From Mobula hypostoma (lineage: Eukaryota), in assembly GCF_963921235.1 (NCBI RefSeq), contig NC_086108.1:17608001-17672000 (forward strand): 64,000 nucleotides of DNA. The letters are read 5' to 3'. Shown piece after piece: positions 1-11,590 of this stretch (positions within the stretch are counted from its first letter, which is position 1; each line of letters opens with the position of its first letter). The notes beneath the pieces are model-generated. The model saw only the letters and a program-made list of their open reading frames with translations. It did not search any database and was not told the origin of the DNA. A program made the position numbers and the translations under genes.

Positions 1-949
1 ACATCAAAAGAAACGTGTGCCCAAAGAATTGATAAAAGGACATGCTACTCAGAAGAAGTGGTACATACAGCAAGTGAAGCATGTGCTGAAGCTTTAGACA
101 GAAGATTTACCTTGGTGACTGCTGCATGTTAATGCTAGAATCAGAATCAGGTGTAATATCACTGGCATTCTGCATGTCATGAAATTTGCTGTTTTGTGGC
201 AGCAGTACATTGCAATACATAATAAAAAAACTAAATTACAATAAAAATACATCTCTAAAAATTAAATAAGTAGTTCAAAAAGAAAGAAAAAAAGAAAAAT
301 ATATTGAGGCACTGTACAGTGTTCATTTAGAAATCTGATGGTGCACTATGCAGTAAGGTTCCTCCAATCCTACTCCAGGATTTCCAAAATTCTGGCAGCA
401 GCCTATCGTCCTGCATTGGGATACAGGACAATATCCAATTGTGTGTATGTTGAGTGAAGACACACTGCCCAGAAGGAACTATGGATAGACCACCTGGTTG
501 AGGTGATCTCAAATCCCCTTTTGTGGGAGGGGCAGATCACCTCAATTCTTCTCACCTGCCGTTTAGTGGAGGCGATGGGGAGATACTGAAGGGAGCCTCG
601 GAGACGGGGTATTGGAAAAAGAGGTGCCATACAACACTGTCACTGCAAGTTCAAAAACCTCCCCAAGCTGGAGGATGAAATGATCCAGGGCTCTGAACCC
701 AATGGCACACAGCTAGGAGCTGAGATTCACACTCCTCTGTCCCGTGATAACCCTCCTCATCCCTCACCCCAGGGTAGTGCTTCCCCCACACTCCTCCATT
801 CCATGACTTCCTCCTCCCCCACCCACAAACAACATCTGTATCCCCCTGTCCAGGGAAACAGCCAGAACAACAATGAGGGAAGGGTTGACAAGTCTTTCCT
901 TTAATAAATCAATCAAAGCAATATTTAATCTTAAAAACATTTTAACTTC

Positions 950-1425
950 AAAGGAGGGGGTAGAGGGGAAAAGAACATAAACAAGGGGATGGGTGAAGGA
1001 AACTGTGGGGGGGGGGGTTGAAGGGAACCAGGAGAGAGGAGGGGGTGTGAAGGGTACCAGGGGTAAGGAAAAGAGGGGAGGGGGAAGGGAAAGATGAGAG
1101 GGAGAAAGAAGAGGGGAGGGGGAAGGGGAAGAGGGGAAGGGGAAGAGGGGAAGGGGAAGAGGGGAAGGGGAAGAGGGGAAGGGGAAGAGGGGAAGGGGAA
1201 GAGGGGAAGGGAATGGGGGAATGGGGAAGGGAAAGAGGGAATGGGGAAGGGAAAGAGGGAAGGGGAATAGAGCAAGAAGAAGGAAAGGGAAAGAAAAAGA
1301 GATATAGAGAAACGGGGAAGGAAGGAGAGGGGGAAGGAAGATAAAGAGAAAGGAGGGTAAAGGTAGACTGAAAAAGAAAGGGGTAAAGGGAAAGAGAGAG
1401 AGATGGAAGGCAGCGGGGGAGCGTA
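950..1425 (+). repeat. Purine-rich low-complexity tract with a (GGGGAAGAGGGGAA)n core, at the 5' end of RXR intron 1
   Basis: Almost pure G/A sequence, with a 14-bp tandem unit at ~1120-1210. Confidence 0.9.
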
Positions 1426-1429
1426 ACAG

Positions 1430-1870
1430 GAGATGCGCGTACGGAGGAAGTGATGAGTGTGGGAATGTGCCGGCGCTTTACTTACGGCTGTAAGTGACAG
1501 GGAGCTTCACCAAGTGATGGTAGTGTCCGTACATGTTGCTGCCTGGCTGCTACTGGCGCTTCATTGCTGATGACTGCAGAGGCTGTTCTACGGACGACCA
1601 CAGGGTGCCGAGTCACCGGCCGTCCCACTGCCGGACACGTAAGAGCGCACCCCGTTTTAAGCGCTGTCCGTGCCCAGCTCCAGCACATGTGTCAGCGGCC
1701 GGTGGGTGCAACCGCTCCTGACTGCGCTCCTCCGCGCTCTTAAAGGAGCAGGGCAGCATAGCAGCACGAGTCGGCCGCTCAGCCTCTCTCGCCATGACTG
1801 CCCCAGCTACAGAACAGCTGGAAGACTCGATTACATGGAATGTAATTCACTGGGGCCGTGCAAAGTGCGG
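1430..1870 (-). promoter_or_regulatory. CpG-rich promoter and 5'UTR of the RXR exon
   Basis: This is the only clearly CpG-dense non-repeat segment in the window (gcgcgt, ccggcg, gcggccgg, ccgcgc) and it surrounds the ATG exon. It has a TTTAAG TATA-like element near 1740, an E-box CAGCTG at 1815-1820 and GGAATG at 1837-1842. The TSS cannot be determined from sequence. Confidence 0.65.
1486..1534 (-). CDS. RXRG: First coding exon of a retinoid X receptor, most likely RXR gamma; the rest of the gene lies beyond position 1
   Basis: The minus strand reads gcagcaacATG TAC GGA CAC TAC CAT CAC TTG GTG AAG CTC CCT GTC ACT TAC AGC C|gtaagt, i.e. MYGHYHHLVKLPVTYS plus 1 nt. From recall, this matches the amniote RXRG N-terminus (human MYGNYSHFMKFPAGYG) and its 49-nt phase-1 first coding exon. 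It has a consensus donor, A at Kozak -3 and a CpG-rich context. Paralog identity rests on only 16 aa. Confidence 0.82.
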
Positions 1871-2184
1871 ACTTTCTACCCCATCATGAGATCTGTTCCC
1901 ACAACTCTTGTGAAACAACTTCATTTCTACCTTCAGCGTTTTGTAACCACTGAACCCCTTCCCTCTCCCCTGATCTGTTGTAACCAGAAAAACAGACAAT
2001 CGTGCCCATAGCGACGTCTCTCAAATAGATAGTATTGACTGGATTGACCAAGATATTGTCTCCCATGTCAAGAACACAAGAACATACGAAATAGAAGCAG
2101 AGAGCCAGAGCATTCAGTCGCTTTCTTGAACTGGACACATATTTAACAGCCGACAAATCTATTTATATCATTCTTGAATATAAT

Positions 2185-2620
2185 CAGTTACAAGAGCATA
2201 AATTATGAGAAGAGATTGAGTCTTTTCTCCTTGGAACGACGGAGGATGAGAGGTGACCTAACAGAGGTGTATAAGATGATGAGAGGCATTGATCGTGTGG
2301 ATAGTCAGAGGCTTTTTCCCAGGGCTGAAATGGCTAACACGAGAGGGCGCAGTTTTAAGGTGATTGTAAGTACTGGTAGGTACAGAGGAGATGTTCGGAG
2401 CAAGGTTTTTACGCAGAGAGTAGCGAGTGCGTGAAATGGGCAGCCGGCGACAGCGGTGGAGGCGGAAACAATAAGGTCTTTTAAGAGACTCCTGGATAGG
2501 TACATGGAGCTTAGAAAAATAGAGGGCTATGGGTAACTCTAGGTAATTTCTAAAGTAAGTAGATGTTCAGCACAGCACCGTGGGCCAAAGGACCTGTATT
2601 GTGTTGTAGGTTTTCTATGT
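2185..2620 (+). mobile_element. CR1 LINE 3' fragment
   Basis: Encodes LFSLERRRMRGDLTEVYKMMRGIDRVDSQRLFP (CR1 ORF2 C-terminus), followed by a 3'UTR ending TTCTATG. Confidence 0.9.
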
Positions 2621-2689
2621 CTCTATTTTTCATTGTGTCTCTTAGGGCAAGAATTCCAAAGGTTTACCACCTTCTGAGTGAAGACAATT

Positions 2690-2880
2690 CTCAGCAACAA
2701 TCTGCTGGAAGAAGTCAGAAGGTGAAGCAGTATCTGTGGGGGGGGGGGGGAGGAGAGGAATTGTCCACCTTTCACATTAAAACCCTGCATCAGGACTGAC
2801 GCAAACCAATGGCAAATCACAGCTGCTGCTTGACCTAGTGAATTCCTTCAAGTGTGCCCGTTTCAGATTCCTGCATCAAC
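2690..2880. repeat. Degenerate Penelope-type foldback repeat (hammerhead-like family)
   Basis: Arms ctgctggaagaagtcag...gcagtatctgtgg and gctgctgcttgacc...gaattccttc flank accctgcatcaggac (reverse complement gtcctgatgcagggt). Confidence 0.55.
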
Positions 2881-3139
2881 ACTGAATGTTGTATGTTCCA
2901 ATAAATCTTTCCAGTTTGACTACATCTTTCCTATAACAGGATGCCTAAAACTGTTTTAATTTACTCTTTCAATAACAAATACACTGATTCCCAGGTAAGG
3001 AGAAAGGAACTTGAAGGCAATATTCCAAGTATGCTCTCTATATACTGTAGAAACCTGGTAACATGTGAGCATTGATTGCCAGGTGGTGAAGAATGGCTGC
3101 TGCTTCCTGTCAAAAGTATCATAATCAGTGGCCAGTTGG

Positions 3140-3300
3140 GAACTGACATTTCGGGCTGAAACCCTGGTCCTGGTCCTGATGTAGAGTTTCGACCCAAATT
3201 GTTAATGATTCCCTTCTCCCACAGATGCTGCTTGACCTGTTGAGTTGCTCCAGCAAGTTGTTTGCTGCTCTAGATTCCACTACCTACAGTCTCCCGTGCT
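3140..3300. repeat. Penelope-type foldback repeat copy
   Basis: catttcgggctgaaaccct...gtcctgatgtagagtttcgaccc...cccacagatgctgcttgacctgttgagttgctccagc. Confidence 0.65.
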
Positions 3301-3534
3301 TCCAAAGTGTCCTGGCAGTTTGGCTATAGCCGATGGGGAAACTATATCTCAGGGATGACTGCAGATAGCAATGAGCTAACATCTCATGGCTGTCTATATC
3401 TATAGCAACCATAGAATTAATCCATGAATTGCAGAAAATGAAAATTCTGCGAAAGCACAAAAATAGTCTAACTATTGAAATAAAGGAGCAAATGAAAATA
3501 GTATTAAATGCGAGGAAGCAGCTTGTAATTTCTA

Positions 3535-3990
3535 TAGATGCACAATGGAGAGCATTCTGACTGGCCGCATCGGAGCTTGGTACGGTGCCTCAGGTGCACA
3601 GGATCACAGAGGCTTCACAGGTTTGTAGACTCAGTCAGTTCCACCATTGTAACAACCCATCTCACCAGCAAGGGCATCTTCAAGAGGTGATGTCTCAAGA
3701 AGGTGGCATCCATAACTAAGAAATCTTGCCATCCAGAGATGTCCTCTTCTTGTTACTACCAGCGAGGAGGTAGCACAAGAGCCTGAAGATCCATATGGAA
3801 CAATTCACAGCTTCTTCCCCTCCTCCACCACCAGTTTTCTGAACAGTCCATTAACTCATGAACACTACCTCATTTTTTTTGCTCTATTTATATTTGTAAT
3901 TTATAGCAGCTTTATGTCTTTGCACAGTACTGCTGCCACAAAACAACAAATTTCACATCATATTAGTCGGTGATAATAAATCTGATTCTG
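3535..3990 (+). mobile_element. Rex1/Babar LINE 3' fragment (old)
   Basis: ESILTG(R)I-AWYG motif, an S-F-F-P-like end, and an aataaa-ctgattctg tail. Confidence 0.7.
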
Positions 3991-5329
3991 CTAAAGTTGC
4001 CAGAAAAAGTTGGGATTAATCAAAGAATTTGGGCAAAGGATTTCCAAGAAACTTATAAGTCAAGGGAAAATGAATTATGAGTCTAGAATGTTATAAATAC
4101 AAAATCAGGTTGTTGGTTTGGAAAAGGAAAGGATTAGTACAGGTATTGTGGCTGATAAAAATTATATTGAGGGGTCAGAATAATTAAACAAACATCTGTG
4201 CTATTGTTAAGAGAAAATAAGGGGACTAGAAAATGAAAGCATTGATGTACTGCAGAGGTTTATAAGGTGCTGGTTAGAACACATTTGGAATATAGTCAGG
4301 GAAAATGTTACAGCAGTGCTCAGGCAGGACAGATTAGAGGGCTTGTCTACCGAGGCCATATGGGTGTTCCAGGATTGAAAGGCTTAATGTATGAGGATCA
4401 TATGATGTCTCTGGGTCTGTGCTTGATGGGGATCTTAGTGAAACTTCCCTCTGCATCAGGATAGTTTCAACCCAAAGCATTAACAATTCCTTTCCTCACA
4501 CAGATGCTGTTCAACAGCTGAGTTTCTCCAATAGTTTTTTTTGTTCTATATTACAACATCTATAGTTTTATAGCGTCTATACAGTCTGAAACCTCATGGC
4601 AGAAGCAGCAGCAAACAGAAATGATACAGGTCTTCCCTGAGTCATGAACACCTGTGTTATGAACACTCCATATCATATATTGACGATTGTTTGGAGACCA
4701 GTGGAGTGGATGGGGATGGATTTGCAGGCAGTTGTGAGGCTGCAGGCATCTTCTGCTGAATGGGCATGAGTATTTCTACGTGCCTTTTCTACACACCACT
4801 ACCTGCCCACCCCCACACCCTAAGCTGCAGCAATTGGCGGCTGAGAGGGGCCAAGCAGGGCCAGTGTCGCTGAGCAGACTCACTCCCTCATTCACTGAGT
4901 TGCTGAGGCTGGCTGGCGACCGCTCTTCCCGTGTCTCCTGTCACAGCTGTTTCTGTGATCCTTTCCCACACACTGTGTCTGTTCATTTCCAACTTACAAA
5001 TAGTTCAGTTGCCCCAGAAGCAGGAGTTGAATTCCCCATCTGGCATGTAGGGATCTGAAGTTTAAGTAAATAAATAAAAATTAGCTTAATTAATATTGGT
5101 TCTTAGATGAGGGGATTGTTGTAAAAGTCCATCAGATTCACTAATATCCTTCTATATTCTGTAAAATTAATAAATCAAAACACGCAAATGGATCAGATCA
5201 CAGCTCTCCAATCCCATAGCATCAACATAAGACCAATAATGAACAGTTACACTGTTAGTGAAAGGAAAATGCTTTGAAAATACCTCCACTCTCAAAAGCA
5301 ATGAAGAATAAGTTTCCTGATGTTTCCAT

Positions 5330-5806
5330 AATCAGGGACCCCACCAGCCAGGTTATGCTCTCTTCTTACTGCTGCCGACTGGAAGAAGGTACAAGAGCCT
5401 CAGTACTCAAACCACCAGGTTCGGGAAAAGTTGTTACCCTTCAACCATCAGGTTTTTGAACCAGTGGGGATTACTTCACGCAACTTTACTTGCCCCATCA
5501 ATGAAATGTTCCCATAACCTATGGATTCACTTTCAAGGTCTCTTCATTTCATGTTCTTGATATTTATTGCTTACTTATTATTATTATTATTATTATTATT
5601 TATTTAATTGTGTATTTGCACAGATTGTTGTCTTTTACACACTGGTTGAATGCCAGTTGATGAGGTCTTTCATTGATTCTATTATGGTTGTTATTCTATT
5701 ACAAATTTATTGAGTGAACCTGCAAGGCAATAGATCTCAGGGTTGTATACGGTGACATAAATGTACTTTGAATAATAAATAAATAATAAATTTATTTTGA
5801 ACTTTG
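5330..5806 (+). mobile_element. Rex1/Babar-type 3' fragment
   Basis: IIRDP... motif, accaccaggttcggg...ccatcagg, and a 3'UTR with (ATT)n and a (TTGAAC)n tail. Confidence 0.6.
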
Positions 5807-6611
5807 AACCTCATATGAGTGCACCAAACAAGCTTGAAGCATTCACAACCATGTCTTTCAGCAGTGCTGAGTGAATGATGTAACTCGACTTCTCCTGAGC
5901 TACCAACAGTCACAGAAATCAGTGTCCAGCAACTCAACAAGAGTTCAAGAAACAGTTGAGAGTACTGGATAAAGCAAGTGCTACAGGATCAGACATTTCA
6001 GCTGTATTACTGAAAGATTTATCCAAATTAAGGCCAGGGAATTCAACTTTGTGCAGTTTTGGAGGGGTACTTTAAACAGACATTTATTACAGGCTTTGTC
6101 TATAATGTGAGTTTGCCCTTAGCAGAGAGAGAGTAGACTAGGAATGTGTTTTCTTGAGTTTAAAAGAACAAGAGGAGATCTCATTGAAACAAATTTTTAG
6201 AAGATTTGACATATGATGGGGTTGGGATGGGGGTTGAATTCAGGAAGAATGCTTTCCCTAGACAGGAGCCTAGGTCTAGAAGTCACAGTTTCAGGACAAA
6301 GGTTTGTCCATTTGGGAAGGTGTGGTGCATCGTTGGAACTCAGTCACTAAGCAGATTGATACATTTCTTGATATTTAAGGAATCGCATGGGGATAGTGCT
6401 GAAAAAAAAAAGATTATGGAGCAAGCTGGATGGCCCAGTCCTGTTCAGGATTCTGATGTACATTTATCAAAAATGCTTGCGGTACAATATTTCCAAGTCA
6501 AGTTGTGGAATGATTGAAGACATGAGCACAAGAACAGGAGAAACCAAGTAGCTTCTTGAGCTGTCCTGCCATTCACTCTCAGATGGAAACAATTCTGTTA
6601 ACCCTCTGCTT

Positions 6612-7797
6612 TGAATTGAATTGAACTGAATTGACTTTATTTCTTACAAACTTCACATACTTGAGGAGTAAAAATCTTTACGTTACATCTCCATCTAAAT
6701 GTGCAATGTGCAATCATAGTAATTTGTAAAAACTTATAATAAATAGAACAGTCAATGTAACATAGAAATACACTCAAATCAGCGTGTTAATCAGTCTGAT
6801 GGCCTGGAGGAAGAGACTGTGCTGGAGCCTGTTTGTCCTTACTTTTATACTGCAGTGCTGTTTCCTGGATGGTAGCAGCTGGAATAAATTGGGGTTGGGG
6901 TGACCTGGGTCCCTAATGAACCTTCGGCCAATTCCTTTTCTCACACCTGTACCTGTCTTTCTAAATGTCCTGAATCATGGGAAGTTCACAACTACAGATG
7001 TGCTGGGCTGTCCACACCACTCTCTGCAGAACCCTGCGATTAAGGGAGGTACAGTTCCCATACCAGGCAGTGATTCAGTCAGTCAGGATGCTCTCAATTG
7101 TGCCCCTGTAGAAAGTTCTTAGGATTTGGGGGCCTGTACCAAACTTCCTTAACCATCTGAGGTGAAAGAGGAGTTGCTGTGCATTTTTTGCTACACAGCT
7201 GGTGTGTACAGACCACGTGAGGTCCTCAGTGATGTGGATGCCGAGGAACGTAAAGCTGTTTACCCTCTCAACCCCAGATCAATTGATGTCAATAGGAGTT
7301 AACCCATTTTCATTCCTCCTGTAATCCACAACCAGCTCCTTTGCTTTTGCGATATTGAGGGAGAGGTTGTTTTCTTGACACCACTGTGTTACAGAGATGA
7401 CTTCTTTCCTGTAGGCCACCTCATTATTGTTTGAGATTAGACCAATCAATGTAGTGTTAGCAAATTTAATTAGCCGATTAGAGCTGTGGGTGGAGACACA
7501 GTCATGGGTATACAGGGAGTAAAGGAGGGGACTTAGTACAAAGCCCTGAGGGGCTCCTGTATTGAGAGTCAGAGGGGTGGAAGTGAGGGAGCCGACTCTT
7601 ACCATCTGCCGACAATCTCACAGGAAGTCCAGGATCCAGCTGCACAAGGCAGGGTCAAGACCAAGATCTCTGAGCTTCCTGTTGAGCCTGGATGGAATTA
7701 TGGTGTTGAATGCTGAACTGTAGTCCAAGAACAGCATTCTCACATAAGCATCCTTCTTCTCCAAATGTGTAGGGACAGTATGTAGAGCAGTGACTAT
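6612..7797 (-). mobile_element. Rex1/Babar LINE, 5'-truncated and decayed
   Basis: ORF 7279-7605 encodes [20 protein letters not shown]...WCQENNLSLN..K.KELVVDYRR. There is a (TTGAA)n tail at ~6612-6635. Same subfamily as 17231-19192. Confidence 0.9.
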
Positions 7798-8769
7798 CTT
7801 TCAGAGAATGTACTACAGTTTGTTAATTGCTTCAGTTTGACCCCGTGTGGCTTAGCTATAACTTCATGAATGCCTCCCTTGTTGAGGACCTCTCCATCAA
7901 AGGGGCTTCGTCTGGTCTACCCTTTTAGGTCTCTCAATCAATTAATGCCCTTGACCAAGGCTTGGCAGGCTTTGGAGCAGACCTGGTGTCTTGTCATTCA
8001 GCACTAAATGATGGGTATGACAAATTTACCAGCAATATTGTGCTTATGAATAAACAAGAGCAGCGTATCAAAAGGAAATGGAGTGCTATTAGCATTCTAA
8101 AGCCCTTCAGAGTCAGCTGGAGACATTTAGTCAGAAGGTACAGGGTCACTCTACTTGTTTGTCATGTGAAGGCTGTAATGGGTATATTCTGTGTGACCAA
8201 CAGTGTTTGGGGAGTTTCAATGCAAAAGTCTGTGCTCCTTTTTGTTGAGCAATCATTAACCCTGGTTGCTTTGAGCATGCACACCTCAAGATATGGTTAC
8301 TTGCCCATTGCAAACCAGTGTCAATAAAGGGCTTGAACTGGGATCAGCCTCAATTTGCTATGCAGGAGCCCGATTCCCTGGACTTTGCTCAACATCTGTC
8401 ATCATGGAAAAGGGTAAATAATACCAGAGAATTGAATTTGTGGCTCAAAGTGTGGTGAAAGAGGAACAGGTTTCAACTAATACAATCCTGGCAAAAGTTC
8501 TGCAGAGAGGGAATTACTCCACTGGGATAGCCTTCACTTGAAGTGAACTGATCCAGTATCTGAGCAAATCAGACAACAAGTGATGTAGAGATAAGGGTTG
8601 ATTCTAATTATTTGTGGGATGGAGTGCGGGGAGGAGAGTGGTTGTTCTGATTATCAAGAAAATGGACAATGAATAATGATAGTGATATTCTGGCTCTAGC
8701 CACCTTATCACTCTGCAAGTAGCATTCATTGCAATGTAGGTGAATTTAAAGAACAAATGGGCAGCCTAA

Positions 8770-9065
8770 TGGTGCTCATAGTGCCAGAGACCCAGGTCCA
8801 ATCCTGACCTCTGGAGCTATCTGTGTGGAGTTTATACATTCTCCCTGTGACCACATAGGCTTCCTCAGGGCTCACCAGTATCCTTCCACATCCCAAAGAT
8901 GTGCGGATTCATAGCTTAATAGGCTACTGTAAATTGTCCCTAGTGTGCAGAATCTGGGGGCGGGGTGTTTATGGGAATGGGGAGAGAATTTTAAAAAAGG
9001 CAATTAATATAGGATTAGTGTAATTAAGAGGTTGATGATGAACAATACCTATGCAGTATCTATCT
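8770..9065 (+). mobile_element. HE1/V-SINE-like tRNA-derived SINE
   Basis: Core tgtgtggagttt..acattctccctgtgacc...ccacatcccaaagatgtgcgg...taaattgtccctagtgtg. Confidence 0.75.
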
Positions 9066-9589
9066 ACGATTACAACTCCGAAGGTTTCAATACTACAGTC
9101 ACTCGAGAGGTGAGGCTGCAGATTTTCCAAGATTGGGAATTATATATTCCAGGGCAGTTTACATTCAGAGGAGAATTAAAAATTAGAAAAGGATGAAGTC
9201 TCATGTGAATAATAAAGGCTGGGATCAATTGTTAGCATGGATTGTGGGCCAGACATCATGGTAGAATTGGTTTGGGTAGAGGTTAAACAGCCAAGTGCAG
9301 ATACCTGGGTGAAAGCTGTATACAAGGACATAAACAACAGCAGAAATAGCATAACTTAGTAAAGTAGAGGAGCACATAAAGTAGGTAACACAATAATCGT
9401 GAAAACTTATTTATGAATTCCTGGAATATATACAAGATGAATTTCTGGAAAAGTGAATTTGGATAAGTGAGAGGTGTTGAATTTTGGGAAAACAAACCAG
9501 GATAGGATATTCACTGGCTGGTGTTTTGGAAATGAGGAACATAGGATTACAATTGCTTGGTTCCCCAAAAGTAGCATTGCAGGTAGACA

Positions 9590-10232
9590 GGAAGATGGAA
9601 AGGCCTTCATCAGTCAGGGTACTAAGTATAGAAGTTGGGATGTTATGTTGAAGTTGTACAAGACATTTGTGAGATTGCAGCTGGAGTATTGTGCACAGTT
9701 TTGGTCACCCTGAATAAGAAAGCTGAAAGCTGTGAATGTTGGATTGACAAGAATGTTGCCAGGACTTGAATGACTGAGTTATAGGAAGAGGTTGGACAGG
9801 CTCAGACATTTTATCTTGAAAAGTAGAATGAGGATATATAAAATCATAAGTGGCAATGCACACTGTTTTTTTTCACAGGGTTGGGAATCAAGAATTAGAG
9901 ACATTAATTCAGGGTGATAGGGGAAAGATTTTATGGACCTTAGGAGCAAATTTTTCTTCCAGAAGGTTGGTGATAGATGGAATGAAACGCCAGAAGAAAT
10001 GGTTGAGGATGGTACATTAAAGGTATGTGGACAGGAAAGGTTTAGAACAGGGGTTTCTAAACAGGGGTCTAGTCTTGCTTAGTGGTATTGGTCCATGGCA
10101 TAAAAAAGGTTGGGAACGCCTGGTTCAGGGGGATATGGGCCAAACACAGGCAAATGGAACTAGCTTAGAAGAGAACTTTGGCCGCTGTGGACCTCTTGGA
10201 CGAAGGGCCCAAATTCATGCCCTGTGACTCTA
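9590..10232 (+). mobile_element. CR1 LINE 3' fragment carrying a hAT MITE
   Basis: Encodes YRSWDVMLKLYKTFVRLQLEYCAQFWSP, followed by the 3'UTR. Confidence 0.8.
10048..10122. mobile_element. hAT (Charlie/MER5-like) MITE, 75 bp
   Basis: TIRs CAGGGGTTTCTAAAC / GTTGGGAACGCCTG. Degenerate 8-bp TSD GTTTAGAA (10040-10047) / GTTCAGGG (10123-10130). Confidence 0.75.
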
Positions 10233-11014
10233 TCATGGTAGCTAGGAGGATGATGAGTGGAGTCTATTTTATATCTAGTACTAAGGAATGAGAATGGTTA
10301 ATTAATAATCCAGTAGTTAACAGGTCATTAGAGAAGAGCAATTACAATGAAATTTTATATTAAGGTTTAGTTCAGTCTGAAACCAGGGACTTTAAGTTAA
10401 ACAAAGCTAATTGTGAAGGTAGGAAATGTGAATTGTCTCTGGTGAACCAGGAAACCATATTGAAAGCTATGATAGCAGATAAACAATGGACAACATTTAA
10501 AAATCACCATGGAGTTACAACGAATAATTATCTCTTAAGCTACAAAAAAAATGTGGTTCAGCTGTGGTTAACAGGAGACAAAAATATTAGATCAAAGAAA
10601 AATACTGCTAACACTGTCAAAAGAAGCTGTAAAGTTGATAAAGGGGAAAGTATCACATTTCAGTAAAGAGGCAGAATTCATTTCAGCATTCTTCATTGTG
10701 GGGGAAACCCTATTCATCAGTCAAGGGAGGCTTTCCCTACCTAACTTTAACTTGGTGGTAAGGAAGATTATAGTTTGGGAATCAACCCAAGACCCTGATG
10801 ACATACAAGGATCTGCTAGACAGAGAAAGTCATTTGGTCAATTGTACTTGGGACTGTTTTCCAAGAGCAGCCATTGTTTCACCCTCCTATCCCAATACCA
10901 ACTCATTAAACATATCCAATTCCTAAATTAATGGATGACTATGGGTCTCGTTAGTATTTTGGCTGAGTCATTCTCAATTCACTCTATTCAAAAGGACTGC
11001 TTAGCTTAGCTTAA

Positions 11015-11590
11015 CCCTCCCTGTGAATGTGTGGATTTTCCCCTGGGTGCTCTAGTTTCCACCTCATCCCAAAGATGAGTGGATTGGTAGGTTGATTGGC
11101 CAGTATAATTTGCCCCTAGTGTGTAGTGCTAAAATGGGGGTCTTAGTTGTGACTAGCTCAGATAGGCTCCTTGGTCAGAATGAAGAAGTTAGACTGAAGG
11201 GCCTGTTTCCCTGCTGTAACTCTCTATCCTCTGACTCTATACAGACTCTGACACTGGAAGAAGTCGCTCTTACTCAGTATTGTTTGGCATTACAATGTGT
11301 ACACAGCATTGGCTGTAAAGTACTGGAGATGATCTGAAGGGGATGGGAAGTGTGCTATGCTGATGCAATTGCTTTTCTCTCCTCTTGAGCAGGCTATACT
11401 GGAATTCCCTGCCAATTACCATTTGGCCTGGTGGCACAGGTGAGGCATGGTGGTGCAGAAATTGTGCTGTAGCCTCACAGTTCCAGCAACCTGGGCTCAA
11501 TCTGTACTTCCAGCGTTCTTGTGGGGAGTTCAAATGTTCTTTCTGTGACCACATGGGTCTTTCCTCAGTGCTTTGCTTTCCTTCCACATC
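11015..11590 (+). mobile_element. Two HE1/V-SINE-like fragments (~11015-11240 and ~11430-11590)
   Basis: V-domain-like cores cctgggtgctctagtttcc...cccaaagatg and gcctcacagttccagcaacctgggctcaat...tgtggggagtt. Confidence 0.65.

Noticed and set aside
498..520. let-7 family miRNA (begins TGAGGT)
   Set aside because: The match ends after 6 nt. The seed GAGGTAG is absent and the rest is dissimilar.
1..900. RXR exon 2 or another coding exon
   Set aside because: No SSSEDIKP or zinc-finger motif and no convincing acceptor/donor pair. All frames close quickly.
931..1275. 114-aa Pro/Phe/Ser-rich ORF; similar ORFs at 19805-20153, 20888-21367, 45326-45595 and 54465-54833
   Set aside because: These are translations of low-complexity purine or pyrimidine tracts that lack stop codons by composition.
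1533..2011. Plus-strand ORFs of 62 aa and 113 aa over the CpG-rich segment
   Set aside because: No recognisable protein. They are explained by GC richness antisense to the RXR 5'UTR and promoter.
4625..5060. Possible old Tigger-like DNA transposon
   Set aside because: The left end resembles TA|CAGG..., but I could not find a matching right TIR or TSD.
11430..11520. tRNA gene
   Set aside because: It is a degenerate tRNA-derived SINE head followed by the V-SINE-like core, with no cloverleaf.
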